A stretch of DNA of 64,000 nt from Torpedo marmorata (lineage: Eukaryota). The stretch covers positions 16,864,001 to 16,928,000 of the forward strand of contig OZ360247.1 of assembly GCA_977017645.1 (NCBI GenBank), read 5' to 3'. Made by a program: the position numbers and the translations under genes. Of the stretch, positions 1 through 12,920 are shown one piece after another. How positions within the stretch are numbered: the first letter of the stretch is position 1; each line of letters opens with the position of its first letter. The notes under the pieces were generated by a model. That model had not been told where the DNA came from. It ran no database searches and was given only the letters and a program-made list of their open reading frames with translations.

Positions 1-497
1 CTCTTCGCCTCATTACATGGAGGGTGTGGAAGCCATGGAGAGGGCGCAGAGGAGACTTACCAGGATGTTGCATGGATTGGAGAACGTGTCTTAACAGAGC
101 TAAGGCTTTTCTCTTTGGACCAATGAAGGATGAGAGGGGGACTACAAGGTTATGAGAGGCATAGATTGGGTGGACAGCAAGCACCTTTTTCCTGGTGCAA
201 GAGTAGCAAACACCAGAGGACATCTGTACAAGGTGAGGGGAGGAAAGTTTAGGGGAGACGTCAGGGGTAAGTGTTTTACACAGAGAGTAGTGGGTGCCTG
301 GAATGCATTGCCAGGGGTGGTGGTGGAGGCTGGTACAATAGGGACATTTAAACGACTCTTAGACAGGCACATGGATACAAGAAAAATAGAGGGTTATGGG
401 TGTGAGGTAGCGAAGGTTTAATTTGATGAGTACGTTTCTATAGGGCAGCACAACAATGTGGGCCAAAGGGCCTGTACTGTGCTGGAATGTTCTATGT
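1..497 (+). mobile_element. CR1-type LINE 3' end
   Basis: TRGHLYKVRGGKFRGDVRGKCFTQRVVGAWNALP is the CR1 ORF2 C-terminus, followed by a 3' UTR ending gggcctgtactgtgctg...ttctatgtt. Confidence 0.85.
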
Positions 498-1134
498 TTT
501 CGGTGCTGAATGACCAAGCCCTTCTGGCACTGTGCCTGGTTACTCTCTAGCCTGATGTCACCAGGGTGGTAGAGCAGTTAGTGCAGATGGATGCAGGCTC
601 GATCCTCACCCCAGGTGCTGTCTGTGTAGAGTTTGCACATTCTCCCTGTAACTGTGTGGGTTTTCTCCCGGCACTCCACGAAGTTATTAATTAAGTAATT
701 AATTTGAATTGTGTATTTACGGAAATGTAATTTATAGCATTTTTTTTTGCACCTGTAACGCACAATAACGCTGCCGCAAAACAACGAATTTCGTGACACA
801 TGTTCTTGACAATAAATTCCGATTCTGATCCTCCATGTCTCAGAGACACGTGGTTCTGGTCAGTTGACTTCGACCACTCCAAAGCAATGCCTGTTTGGAC
901 AGTTAGAGATACACACAGAACTTACAGCAGGGAAACAGGCCATTCGACCCCTCTGCCCAATGCCAACCCACTCCCCCACTCCACCAGCCCCCTCCCCATC
1001 ACCTCATTGCTCCCTCGTCGTTATGCACCTTCTCCGTAACCCCACTGCACTCTCTCACCTCCGGACCTGGAGCAGTGACGCCCCTCCCCCCAGTCAAGCC
1101 TTCCTGATGATCACCCCTCAGCATCCCCCTCTCT

Positions 1135-1472
1135 TTTTGAATATTTTTATTAACATTGAGATTCCACATCAGAAAATATAGAGTCCATACGGATATATGT
1201 TAAAAGTCAAAAAAATACATTACACTTAAATCATATCATTTCATCCAAGGTACCCCGCATTCTCAATCAAACAAATTATATTGTATTAATATTTTATGAT
1301 TTTATTAAATAAAAGATCTAAACCCACTACTAAAAAAGAAGCTGTTTGGCAAAAAAAAAGACAGAATTCTTATCAAAGTAATAAATTACCGTATTAGTCA
1401 ACACTTCATGTCAAATCAGAGATTATGAACATAATTCAAGAAGGGTCCCCAGAGTGTTTGAAAATTTGATGC
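1135..1472 (-). mobile_element. 5'-truncated AT-rich L1-clade 3' end
   Basis: Minus strand encodes ...FQTLWGPFLNYVHNL*, then an AT-rich UTR, AATAAA and A tail; TSD TCCCCCTCTCT at 1124-1134 and 1473-1483. Confidence 0.7.
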
Positions 1473-1485
1473 TCCCCCTCTCTAA

Positions 1486-2105
1486 TGCCCGACACTCCCC
1501 CGCAGTGCCCGACACTCCCCCGCAGTGCCCGACACTCCTCCGCAGTGCCCGACACTCCCCCCAGTGCCCGACACTCCCCCGCAGTGCCCGACACTCCCCC
1601 CCTGTGCCCGACACTCCCCCCCAGTGTCCGACACTCCCCCCCCAGTGCCCGACACTCCCCCGCAGTGCCCGACACTCTCCCGCAGTGCCCGACACTCCCC
1701 CGCAGTGCCGACACTCCCCCCCAGTGCCCGACACTCCCCCCCAGTGCCCGACACTCCCCCGCAGTGCCCGACACTCCCCCGCAGTGCCCGACACTCCCCC
1801 GCAGTGCCCGACACTCCCCCGCAGTGCCCGACACTCCCCCGCAGTGCCCGACACTCCCACCACTGCCCGACACTCCCACCACTGCCCGACACTCCCCTCA
1901 GTGCCCGACACTCCCCCCAGTGCCCGACACTCCCCCCAGTGCCCTACACTCCCCCCAGTGCCCTACACTCACCCCCAGTGCCCAACACTCCCCCAAGTGG
2001 CCGATGCTGCCCCCAGTGCCCGATACTCCCCCTTCCCCGTGCCAACACTCCCCCCAGTGCCCGAAACTCTCCCCCAGAGCCCGACACCCCCCCCCCCCAG
2101 TGCCC
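1486..2105. repeat. ~21-bp C-rich minisatellite (CAGTGCCCGACACTCCCCCG variants)
   Basis: Direct tandem units that decay toward the 3' end; explains the overlapping repetitive ORFs. Confidence 0.95.
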
Positions 2106-3499
2106 TTAACTCATCGCTTCCCAGCATGTTGCCCTGGGAGAGGTGTGAAACTAGTTCCAGGAACCTCCCCGATCCTTTCTCCCCTCTTCTCTGCTCTGTG
2201 TTCACCTGCCCAATCACTCTGCTGGTGATTGTGACTGTGATGCTGTTCAGGACAATCTGCTTCCATTTGCCTTCCTTTGCCTCGACTGTTCAGGTTGCTA
2301 TGAATCTGACTCATCTTTCAACGGCAGGGGGTTTGCAGGTTTGAGCTCTGTGCATTAGAACATTGGGAACACATAAACAATTCAAGAATGGGAGCCTTTG
2401 GACCAGCAACAGTCGTTCTGTGTTCGACCTGACATACACACACACATACACACGCACGCACTCACACGCGCGTGCGTATTACCCCCTCCCCCCACTCATG
2501 AAGTCTGGATTGAACATAATTAGAAAGTTTTTACAAAGATGCCCTTTTAATCTCAGCTATCAAAGGGACTTTGAACATTTACTGAACTCACCACATCGAG
2601 AGTTACTTGAACTGTTGTAGCTTGTTTGGTGTGTGTACGATTTTACAGTAACTCGAGATGGAAAGAATTTCACCCATCTGTTTTTATTTGAATATAGACC
2701 CTACTCACGGGAAGTTGATTCAAGGAATTGGAAAGAGTGCAGTCATTTACCTCTTCTCAGTAGCTGGAATATTTGCATGACCCTCTGGTGATTAAAACCT
2801 TGTATATTCTGTTGTTTCACTTGAAAGGATGTCACAAATAGAGGTGCAGAGGTATATCTTTTATTGGGACTTATAGACGCTTTTATCGGGCATTTGTCAA
2901 AAGCTCTTGGTAAACCCTCTCCCTGTGTGGAGATGATCTGGAAAATGAAGCCACGCATATCCCCACCATGGCTCCACGTGCAGCTTGAAGTCAAGGTGGG
3001 CTCGGCATGATGTTATTTCCTCTCCTCAGTTCCTGTCTCGATGTCAACAGGCACATAAGCCCATTTCACATCGACCCAAAGACACAGAAAAGGGCTTTCT
3101 TGTGTTTATTTGGAATGTCATGGTAACATGCACCATCCACCCCTAATGCCTCTGCCAGTTCAGAGTCAACAGCTTGCGATCTGAAGTCAGGTCTGATCTA
3201 ACCGGGAAAGGCTGGCAGATTTCCTTCCCTGAGGGACACTTGAACAACTCGAGGAGCCCCTTCCCTGTAGCTTCAGCCACCTGGGCTCGATCCTGCCCTC
3301 TGGTGCTTCAGTCTGTGGAGTTCTCCGTAACCTCGTAGGGTTATCTTGCATGCTCCACCTCCAAAAATGTGCAGCTTGGAAGTTTTATTGGCTGCCGTAA
3401 ATGTGTCTGGGTGTGCCCCTGAGGGGTAGAATCCGGGAGAGTTGATGGGAATACGACGGGAAGAATTCTAAAAATAGGATTGGTGTTGGATGTAAAGAA

Positions 3500-4020
3500 G
3501 AAAATCTGCAGATGCTGGGATCTAGTGCAGTACACACACGTATGTGGTGGAGAAACTCAGCAGGTCACGCAGTGAAAAGCAGTCAACGTTTCGGGCCTGA
3601 GCTATTCAAAGCAAGGAGATGCCTGGATGAAACGGTGGTGGGAGGAGAGGAGGAGGGAGGAAGAGGAAACAGAGGAGCACAGGCTAACAGGTAATAGGTG
3701 GATACAGGTGGGAGGGTAGAGGAGAAAAAGAAGTGATGGAGAGAAAACAGAGGGCTTAGAAAAATAACTCTCTGATTGGAGATTGAAGGGAAGGAGGAGG
3801 GGAGCTGGAGGACAGGAGACAGAGGGATAGGGAAAGAGAAAACCGAGGGAGGGGGTTGAAAAATTGGAAGTCAATATTGATGCTGTCTGGTTGGAGACTG
3901 CTGAGACGGAATATAAGGTGTTTTTCCTCCAATTTGCGGTGGCCACAGTTTGGCAGTGCATGAGACCATGGACAGACATGTTGGTGCAGCAATGGCGTGT
4001 GGAATTGAAGTGGTTGGCTG
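3500..4020 (-). mobile_element. Penelope-like element 3' fragment (GIY-YIG C-terminus + terminal repeat)
   Basis: Minus strand RKLEEKHLIFRLSSLQPDSINIDF, followed by a pyrimidine-rich tract and a terminal-repeat segment. Confidence 0.75.
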
Positions 4021-4174
4021 TGTACGTGGCTAAAGGCCCTGTTTGATGCTGTGCACTGTGTGACATTCTGGTAGCTTCATGGTAACCGTGGTAACTTACT
4101 GGTTTCCTTTTTATTTCCAGATTCCATCAATTACTTGAATTTAAATCCCACACTCATGCAATTTGAACACCCAG

Positions 4175-4608
4175 CTCTAGAAAGGAAGTCATTAAAACTG
4201 GAAAGGGTGCAGAAAAGATTCAGGAGAATGTTGCCAGGAATGGAGGGCTTGAGTCATAACCAGGCTGGGACTGTTCTCCCTGGAGTGCAAAAGTGGTGGG
4301 TGACCCTATAGAGGTTAATAAAATCATGAGGGGCAAGGATGTTCCTAGGGTGGGGGGGGGGGGTGTAAAACCAGAGGATACAGTTTTCAGGTGAGAAGGG
4401 CACAATTTCAAAGGGACCTGTGGAGCAACATTTTCACCCAGAGAAAGGTGGGTCCCTGGAACAAGCTGTCAGAGGAAATGGCGGAGGCGGATACAATTAC
4501 AGTGTTTAAAAGACATTTATACAGGTACATGTATAAGAAAGGCTGAGGGGAGTATGGGACAAATGTGGGCTAATGGGACTATCTTCGGTAGGTATCTTGG
4601 TCAGCATA
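4175..4608 (+). mobile_element. CR1 LINE 3' fragment
   Basis: Degenerate LERVQKRF..MLPG...FTQR..WN coding remnant. Confidence 0.7.
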
Positions 4609-4612
4609 GACA

Positions 4613-5112
4613 AAACACACAGAAATGCTGGAAGAACTCAGCCGGTCTCGCAGCGTCTATAGGAGGTAAAGATATATTACTGATGTTTCAGGCCTGAGCC
4701 CTTCTTCGAAGCATAAGCAAAAAACAGGAAGGCATCTGAATGAAGATTGAAGAATGCCAGGGGGAGGAGTCCAGACTAACAGTCAAAAGGTGTTGATAAA
4801 ACACGAAAGTCTGCAGACACCGTGGTTGAAATAAAAACACAATGCTGGAGAAACTCAGCAGGTCAAACAGTGCACTTTATATTGCAAAGATAAAGATGTT
4901 AATTGGATAGGATAAGAGGAGAGGTGAGAATTGATTTTGGCTCTGTGAAAGGAGACAGAGGGAAAAGGGAAGAGAGAGAGAGGGCTGGGGGAAAGGCGAC
5001 AGGGGGAAGATGAAGTGGGTTGGGGGTTTAACGGAAACTGGAGAAGTCGATGTTAATGCCATCCGGTTGGAGGGTGCCCAGGCGGAAGATGAGGTGTTGT
5101 TCCTCCAATTTG
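4613..5112 (-). mobile_element. Nested Penelope-like terminal repeats and ORF end
   Basis: Two atgctggagaaactcagc-type segments plus a minus-strand KLEEQHLIFRLGTLQPDGINIDF remnant. Confidence 0.7.
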
Positions 5113-5343
5113 CAGCACAAAGTTGGGTCAAAAGGCCTGTTTCTGTGAAGAGGGGATGCTGTGTTATTGACATTCAACAAAATACTAGTTTACTGTCCCT
5201 GCCGTGGGATAATGTGACAGGACAGTGTTAAGGGAACCTTACTCTGGGTCTAACCTGTCCTGGGAGGGTAACAGTGTAGTGTAGAAGGGGCGTTAACGCG
5301 TGCTGTCTTTCTCTGGGAGGTAGTGGCAGGACAGTGTCTAACA

Positions 5344-5555
5344 CAGCTATTCTCAAACTTTTTTTGGCTATGGCCCCCTGTGGACTCTGCTCAAAGTTTA
5401 TGGGCCCCCTCCCTGTGTAGCAGTCAAGTTTTGGTTTCTTCCGTACTTCTCTCCTACCAACTACGTAGAAAACATAAAAAATATTTCTGTTACGTGAGGT
5501 GAAAAGAAAACAAGGCTTTTACTTAAATGTGCTGTGCCCCCATTGAAAATGGCTG
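5344..5555. mobile_element. hAT (Charlie-like) MITE
   Basis: TIRs CAGCTATTCTCAA / TTGAAAATGGCTG; diverged 8-bp TSD gtctaaca / gtctgacc. Confidence 0.6.
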
Positions 5556-5789
5556 GTCTGACCTGTACTGCCCCTGAACTGTGAACAGCAGACAAGATCT
5601 GAGTTTCATCTTGAAGTGGAGATTGTATGATCCCTGTACCCCACAGGGAAGGAAGCTGGATCTGAGCCAGACCTGTATATTGGAGGACAGAGCATCTGCA
5701 GAAACTGTTCTCATTTTGGGAACATCTTCAAAACTCATGAAAGGAACCCACTGAAGTGTCCCTTGCCAATGCCTGGGTGACGTTGGAAA

Positions 5790-6190
5790 TTCTTGCCTTC
5801 ATTTCACGTAGAAGCATTTCGAATGTTGAAAGGCCTGGACAGAGGAGATGTGGTAAAGTTGTTTCCCATGGTAGGGGAGTCAAGGGCAAGAGAGCACAAT
5901 CTTCAGGAATGAAGGGCACCCATTTAAAACAGAGATGCAGAGGAATTTCTTTAGCCAGAGAGGGGTGAACCTCTGGAGTTTGCTACCACAGGCAGCTGTG
6001 GGGGCCAAGTCATTGGGTGTATTTAAGGAAGAGATTGATAGGTATCTGAATAGTCAGGGTATCAAAGGTTATGGGGAGAAGGCAGGGGAGTGGGGCTGAG
6101 TGGGAGAATGGATCAGCTCATGATGGAATGGCGGAGCGGACTCGATGGGCTGAACGGCCTCCTTCTGCTCCTATACCTTCTGGACTTGTT
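5790..6190 (+). mobile_element. CR1 LINE 3' end
   Basis: EMQRNFFSQRGVNLWSLLP-type remnant plus 3' UTR. Confidence 0.8.
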
Positions 6191-6425
6191 CACCTTTCCT
6201 TCCCCAATTTTTCATTTTGTGCAAGTTTAGCATTCACTTGTTTAATCCGGATTCTTGTGCAGATTGGGAATGGGAAAGGGAGTGAGTGAAGAGCAGAGAT
6301 CCACTCCCGTAACATGGAGACAGAGACGGGGGGGTGGGGGTGTGGGGTGTGGGGGCAGGCTTGGCAGGTCCCGACTGATCCTGCTTGAAGGACAGGTCCC
6401 CCGTCAATGCTGTAGAACGAATCAG

Positions 6426-6550
6426 GAATAAAACATGAAAGACTGTAGACGCTGTGATTGTAGTAAAAAAACACAGAGATGCTGGAGGAACTCAGCCGGT
6501 CCATATGGAGGGTGCGAGACCGGCTGAGTTCCTCCAGCATCTCTGTGTTT
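6426..6550. mobile_element. Fold-back Penelope terminal-repeat insertion
   Basis: Inverted arms aaacacagagatgctggaggaactcagccggtc / gaccggctgagttcctccagcatctctgtgttt; 11-bp TSD GAACGAATCAG at 6415-6425 and 6551-6561. Confidence 0.75.
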
Positions 6551-7139
6551 GAACGAATCAGAAAACCAGTGCCAAACCAACAATGGTTCCTGGTTGCCAT
6601 GGAAACCTGTATCTGCTTGTTCCACCCCAGTGCTCCTTCGTAACTGAAATGTATTTCAACAAAAATGTTCTTTAATCTGGCAACCCTGCCAGCCTTGGCC
6701 CCAGCAAGTGTTATCAGTCGGCAGGAGAATATTTTCTGCTTTGTTCTCCTTCGATAGAAGCGCAAAGCATCACACTGGAGAGAGTCGCGCACAACCTGAT
6801 TCCACGGGAAGAAGCTGACACGGGGAAGAAGGGGAGGTTCACGGTGGGAACGGGGAGGGGAATGTTCAGGGAGGGGACTCCAGTGCTCGTGGCTGAAGAT
6901 GAGGGAGTGAAGGTATCAGCAGTCAAGGAGAGCCACACGCGGAGGGTGACAGATTGGGAGTAGGGAGGCCTTCGAGGGACTTCCCAAGGAGAAGTGAGGT
7001 TGAGAATTTGAAATCTGGGGTTTTGTTGGACGAGGGTCAGTGAGCCCAGGGAATAGGAGGGAATCATTCACCAAATATCTCAGCAATACCCCTGAGGAAC
7101 AAATGTAATTTACTGATTACATTTTATGATTTGAAAGCA

Positions 7140-7932
7140 GGTGCCGACATTCTGGAATGGAACTTCGCTGGGTAGGCTATTTTTTAAATGGGGAGAAAAA
7201 TTAAAATACCCAGATGCAAAGGGATCTGGGAATCCTCGTGCAGGATACCCTGAGGTAAACTTGTAGGTTGAGACGGTGGTGAAGAAGGCAAATGCAATGC
7301 TGGCATTCATTTCAAGAGTAATAGAATATAAGAGCAGGGATGTGATGTTGAGGATTTATAAGGCACTGGTGAGACCTCCCTTGGAGCATTGTGAGCAGAT
7401 TTGGGCTCCTCATTTAAGAAAAGACGTGCTGACGTTGGAGAGGGTTCAAAGGAGGTTCACAAGGATGATTCCGGGAATGAAAGGGTTATCATATGAGGAG
7501 CGTTTGACAGCTCTTGGCCTGTATTCATTGGAATTTAGGAGAATGAGGGGGGATCTCATTGAAACATTTTGAATGTTGAAAGGTGTGGACAGAGTAGATG
7601 TAGAAAGGTTGTTTCTCATGATGGGAGAGTCTAGGACAAGAGGGCATAACTGCAGGATTGAAGGGTGTCCACATAGAACAGAGATGCGTAGGAATTTCTT
7701 CAGCCAGAAGATGGTAAATGTGTGGAATTTGTTGCCACGGGCGGCTGTGGAGGCCAGGTCATGGGGTGTATTTAAGGCAGAGGTTGATAGGTATCTGAAT
7801 AGTCAGGGTATCAAAGGTTATGGGGAGAAGGCCGGGGAGTGGGGTTGAGTGGGAGAATGGATCAGCTCATGATGGAAAGGCGGCTTTGTCCCGATGGGCC
7901 AAATGGCCTACTTCTGCTTGTATATCTTATGG
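7140..7932 (+). mobile_element. CR1 LINE ORF2 C-terminal fragment
   Basis: VKKANAMLAFISR...YKALVRPPLE...LERVQRRFTRMIPG...RRNFFSQ; internal stop at 7570-7572. Confidence 0.9.
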
Positions 7933-8939
7933 ACGTTCACCTTTCCCTTCCCAATTTTTTCCATTTTGTGCTAGTTTAGCATTCACTTCTTTAATCTGGA
8001 TTCTTGTGCAGGTTGGGAATGGGAAAGGGAGTGAGTGAAGAGCAGAGCCCCATCCCCATAACGTGGAGACAGAGACGGGGGCAGGGTGGGCAGGTCCCGA
8101 CTGATCTTGATTAATGAGTTCTTGATTAGCCAGGGCATCAAAGGTTATGGGGAGAAGGCCGGGCAGTGGAGCTGAGTGTGAAAATGGATCAGCTCATGAT
8201 TAAATGGCGGGCAGACTCGATGGACTGAATAGCCTGTTTCTGCTCCTGAGTCTTATGGTCTTATATCTGATACCTGCCCCAGCAAGGGATAAAGGTTGAG
8301 GAAGGCAGAGTCAGTGTAAATGATTGACAATTATCTTATTTTGTAACGGGGTGGAAATGCTGAATTAGCCCTGGGCTGTCGTTTTTTTTTAAAGTTAGCC
8401 AATTATAGAATTTATTGTTCCACTTTGTCAATAAAAATGGTTCCAAGTGTCCATCTTATTTAGATAAGAAGCTTCAGTTGGCAGTTTGGTATACCTGTTA
8501 TCGTAATCTTCTTGCTTCACGCTCAGACTCCAAAAGCACTAGAACATCTCCCTCACAGACTAGTCCTTTCACATTCCGAATAATGGACCGATTGCTCATC
8601 CATAAATTCCACACGAACCTGGGTACATTGTCTCTGGGAACCAGTCCTTCCAAGAACTTTGGTGACCCTGGCCAGTTTGACGGCCTGTGACCGCAGACCC
8701 TCCATGATGGCGGCGGCGCTGGAAAGGCGGCTGTCGGTTTTCAAAGCCCAATGACCCAGGAGCCCGTATTCCTTCATTATCCTTCAACGAGGGAGAAAGT
8801 AAAGGAGAGGTGAAGAGCACGTAGCAGGTGCCATGGACGTAAGGAAAATGGAGGGTTCTGGGTGTGATAGAGGGAAGGGTTGATTGATGGAGGAGTAGGA
8901 TCATGTAGCTTATGGGTCAAAGGGCCTGTGTGCTGCACA

Positions 8940-9583
8940 AACACAATGGTGGAGAAACTCAGCTGGTCAAACAATGTACTTTACATAGCAAAGATAAAGA
9001 TAAATAACCAACGTTTCGGGCTTGAGCCCTTCATCAAGGTATGAAAAAATGTCAGCAGGCACCTGAATAAAATGGTAGGGGGAGGGGCAGGGAGAAGAGC
9101 ATGATCCCAAAGGCAGGAGGTAATAGGTGGATAAGGGAGGGAGGGCACACCAGCAAGCAGGGGGAGGGATGGCTCTGTGAATGGAGAGGGAATGGGGTGG
9201 GGAGCTGGAGGAAAGAAGACAAAGGGAAGGGAGGGAGAACGGAGAGTAGGCTAGCAGAAACGGAGAAGTCGATGTTAATGCAATCCGGTTGGAGAGTGCC
9301 CAGACAGAAAATCAAGTGTTGCTCCTCCAATTTACGGGTGGTCTTAGTGGGATAGTACATGAGGCCATGGACAGACACGCGAGTATGGGAGTGGGACGCA
9401 GAGTTGAAATGGTTGGCCACTGCGAGATCCATGTCACTGCTGCAGACAAAGCGAAGGTGCTCAGCGAAGCGATCTCCCAGTCTGCGTCCAATCTCTCCGA
9501 TGTAGAGAAGGCCACAACGGGAGCACCGGATGCAGTGAAGCGTCACCACACATGCCCTCCATCTCTTCAATGAATCCCTTTCA
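8940..9583 (-). mobile_element. Penelope-like element, GIY-YIG endonuclease 3' part + terminal repeat
   Basis: CIRCSRCGLLYIGEIGRRLGDRFAEHLR...VANHFNS...KLEEQHLIF; TSD CTGTGTGCTG(C/T)ACA at 8926-8939 and 9584-9597. Confidence 0.88.
9007..9041 (-). ncRNA. Minimal type I hammerhead-ribozyme-like motif in a Penelope terminal repeat
   Basis: Minus strand acc-TTGATGA-A-GGGC(TCAA)GCCC-GAAA-CGTT-ggt: stem I acc/ggt, stem II GGGC/GCCC, core YUGANGA...GAAA with palindromic ACGU. Activity untested. Confidence 0.55.
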
Positions 9584-10056
9584 CTGTGTGCTGTACAGTT
9601 CCATGAAATGGAGTTGGTGTTTGATAAGATGCCACGAAATAGACTTGTCATTAGTGTGGAGAGTCACGGAATAAAGGGGCCAGTGGAAGTGTGGAAAGAA
9701 GATTGGCGAAGAGGGAGGAAACAGATCGGATGCTTTCAGACTGGAGGAAAGTGTGCAAGGAGTTCTTCTTACTAGACATGAATAATATCCAAATTCTAGA
9801 TGAGACCACAGTTGGAAACACGGCAAGTTGTGCGATGGATGGAGGAACAAGCGGGGAAGGTTCAGAGGGACAGAGGCCAAAGGCAGGCGGATGGGACCAG
9901 CTGAGAGCACGTCTCAGTCATCCTGTTCCCATGCTGAGTGACTGAGGTAGAGACATGCTGGTGGAAAGGGCAGAGGATAAGGGTTAATGCTGAGAAATAT
10001 GAGGCGTTACATTTGCTGGGAAGAATGAGAAAAGGCAATGTGAACAAGAGGCGCCA

Positions 10057-10480
10057 ATAGGAGGTAAAGATATATTACCGACGTTTCGGGCCTGAGCCCT
10101 CCTTGAAGAGGATGGCATTAACATCTACTTCCCCGGTTTCTGTTAAACCACACCCCCCCTTCTACCCCCTGTTGCCGTTCTCCCAGCTCTGTCTCTTTCT
10201 CTCTCTCTCTCTCTCTTCCCTTTTCCCTCTGTCTCCTTTCACAGAGCCAAAATCAATTCTCACCTTTCATCGTATCGAATTAATACCTTTTGGCTGTTGG
10301 TCTGGACTCCTCCCCCTCCCATTCTTCAGATGTGTTTTTTGCTGAAGAAGGGCTTCAGGCCCGAAACATCGTTAATATACGTATCTTTCCCTCCTATGGA
10401 CGCTGCGAGACCAGCTGAGTTCCTCCAGCATGTCTGTGTGTTTTTACTACAATGACAGTGTCGGCAGACTTCCGTGTTCC
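10057..10480 (+). mobile_element. Penelope-like 3' end with short inverted terminal-repeat piece
   Basis: Inverted aggaggtaaagatat...cgtttcgggcctgagccct segment, then a DGINI.FPGF coding end and terminal repeat containing CTGAAGA...GAAA at 10342-10366. Confidence 0.7.
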
Positions 10481-11579
10481 AATGTGAACAAGAGGGCCAA
10501 GTTTTAAAAGGGGGGTCAAGCCGCAAGGCAGTCGGGAGCAAGCGGCACTCTCACGTCACCACATGGTTTCCACCCTCCTCACCCTGGTCTGGGGCAGGTT
10601 AACTGTGACAATAGACTGCCAACCCCCTTCACATTTGCATTTCCGTGCCAAGCACCATTGCAACCAAGCAGCTTTTCACCGGCATTTAATGCGACGGCGC
10701 ATGGTGTGTGTTTGACTGTCATCCTGCAGCACCTGTTGTTACTCTGGCCTCTTATCGGAGAGAATTTTGCTGCCAATAGCGGCAGATTTTCTTTTAAATG
10801 GTGAAACCGGGTTACAGTTTTAGTGAAGTAAGCCGTTTGTAATTGTTATGCTAAGCCTTACTCTGCGGCATAAAACCTCCCATCAGTGATGTACAGAGGT
10901 GCTTCCTCACACACAGCAGCAAGGCCTCCCAGGGAAGCTGCTGAACTGGGCGTTGGGGTCATTCGAAGGACCCACATTGGATCAAGACTGTGAAAGAACC
11001 AAAGCAGTCTGATGCAGTGAAGACGAATTTAGTGATATATATTTGAAACCGGAATAGGCTTGATGGAACGAATGGCGTTCAGTTGCTAAGTTTATAAAAC
11101 AATGCCAGTGCTGAGCTCCCTCAATGCTGTGCTCCCTCAGTGACGAGCTCCCTCAGTGCCATGCTTCCTTGACACTGTGTTGGGGTTTCGGGCTACGGGC
11201 CCTGTAGTGACAGAGGGCACTTGCAGAGGGATGTCATCGTGCGGTGAGCTGGCTTTACCCTGGGCTGAGAGAGGAGAAGGTCAGGTTTGGGTTTGAAGGG
11301 TGAGGGCTGGTGGGAAACGACCCTGAGCTCACATGGGAGGGCAATAATAAATACACCAGTGATGGTGCAGTCCTGGAGCTTCTGAGCCGCACTGTCCTGG
11401 TTCAATCCTGGCTTCCGGTGCTGTCTGTGTGGAGTTTGCACGTTCTTCCACTGACCGTGTGGGTTTCCTCCCACATCTCAAAGATGGGTGGATTGTTCGA
11501 GTTTAATGTCACATGTACCAAGATGCATTGATCGGGGTTGCTTTGCGAGCAGTCCAGTAGACATCTCATACATGAGAAG

Positions 11580-12325
11580 TGACAAAAGAAATTGATGAAG
11601 TTTGGGTGGTGGATGTGGTGTATATGGATTTTAGTAAGGCATTTGACAAGGTCCCCCATGGTCAACTCATTCAAAAAGTCATGAGGCATGGGATCCATGG
11701 AACCTTGGCTGTGTGGGTTAGAATCAGCTCGCCTGCAGAAAGCAGAGCGTAGTAGTAGATGGAATGTATTCTACCTGGAGGTCAGTGACTAATGGAATTC
11801 CGCATGGATCTGTTCTGGGACTCCTGCTCTTTGTGATTTTTTTTAATAAATGACCTGGACAAAGAAGTGGAAGGATGGATCAGTAAGTTTGCAAATGAGA
11901 CAGGTTGGAGGTATAATGGATAGACTATAGAAGATTGTCATAGGTTACAGCAGGATATAGACAGGATGCAGAGTTGGGCAGAGAAGTGGCAGATGGTGTT
12001 CAATCTGGATAAATGTGAAGAGACGTATTTTGGAAGATCGAGCTTGAAGGCAGAGTACATGGTTAATGGCAGGATTCTTAACAGTGTGGAAAAACAGAGG
12101 GACTTTGGGGTACCAGTCCATAGATCTCTCAAGGTTGCTACGCAGGTTGATAGCGTCGCTAAGTTAATTGGCCACTAAAAATAGGCCCGGGTGTGCAGGT
12201 AAACCTGAGAGAAGTTGATGAGAATATAAGAAAATAAAAATAATTGGTACTGATATCGGATGAGTGTGAATGAGGGGTTGATGATTGGCAAGGACTTGGT
12301 GGACTGAGGGTCTGTTTCGGTGATG
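11580..12325 (+). mobile_element. CR1 LINE RT fragment
   Basis: VDVVYMDFSKAFDKVPHGQL, GSVLG and WAEKWQMVFNLDKCE remnants. Confidence 0.88.
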
Positions 12326-12419
12326 GATCTCCCGCAACTCGGTGAGTTACCCAGTCCCATTCACATGCCCTTTGGATTTTCAATGCCGACAAGGAGTTTA
12401 CAAGGGCGCAGTTTTCCCT

Positions 12420-12920
12420 TTGTTTCCCTCTTCCCTCTGAGTGCAGCCACGGTGTGGGTGTGAGTTCACACAGAGCCTCCCCATTCCCTCTTCCCCCTGA
12501 GTGCAGCCACGGTGTGGGTGTGGGTTGGCACAGAGCCTCCCCATTCCCTCTTCCCCCTGAGTGCAGCCACGGTGTGGGTGTGGGTTGACACAGAGCCTCC
12601 CCATTCCCTCTTCCCCCTGAGTGCAGCCACGGTGTGGGTGTGGGTTGACACAGAGCCTCCCCATTCCCTCTTCCCTCTGAGTGCAGCCACGGTGTGGGTG
12701 TGGGTTCACACACAGCAGAACACCTCCCCATCCCCATTCCCTCTTCCCCCTGAGTGCAGCCACGGTGTGGGTGTGAGTTCACACAGAGCCTCCCCATTCC
12801 CTCTTCCCCCTGAGTGCAGCCACGGTGTGGGTGTGGGTTGACACTGAGCAAAACACCTCCTCATTCCCCATTCCCTCTTCCCCCAAGTGCAGCCATGGTG
12901 TGGGTGTGGGTTCACACAGA
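12420..12920. repeat. 60-bp minisatellite
   Basis: Unit ccattccctcttccccctgagtgcagccacggtgtgggtgtgggttgacacagagcctcc, about 8 copies. Confidence 0.95.

Noticed and set aside
1423-2344. Overlapping repetitive ORFs on both strands
   Set aside because: Translation of the 21-bp minisatellite.
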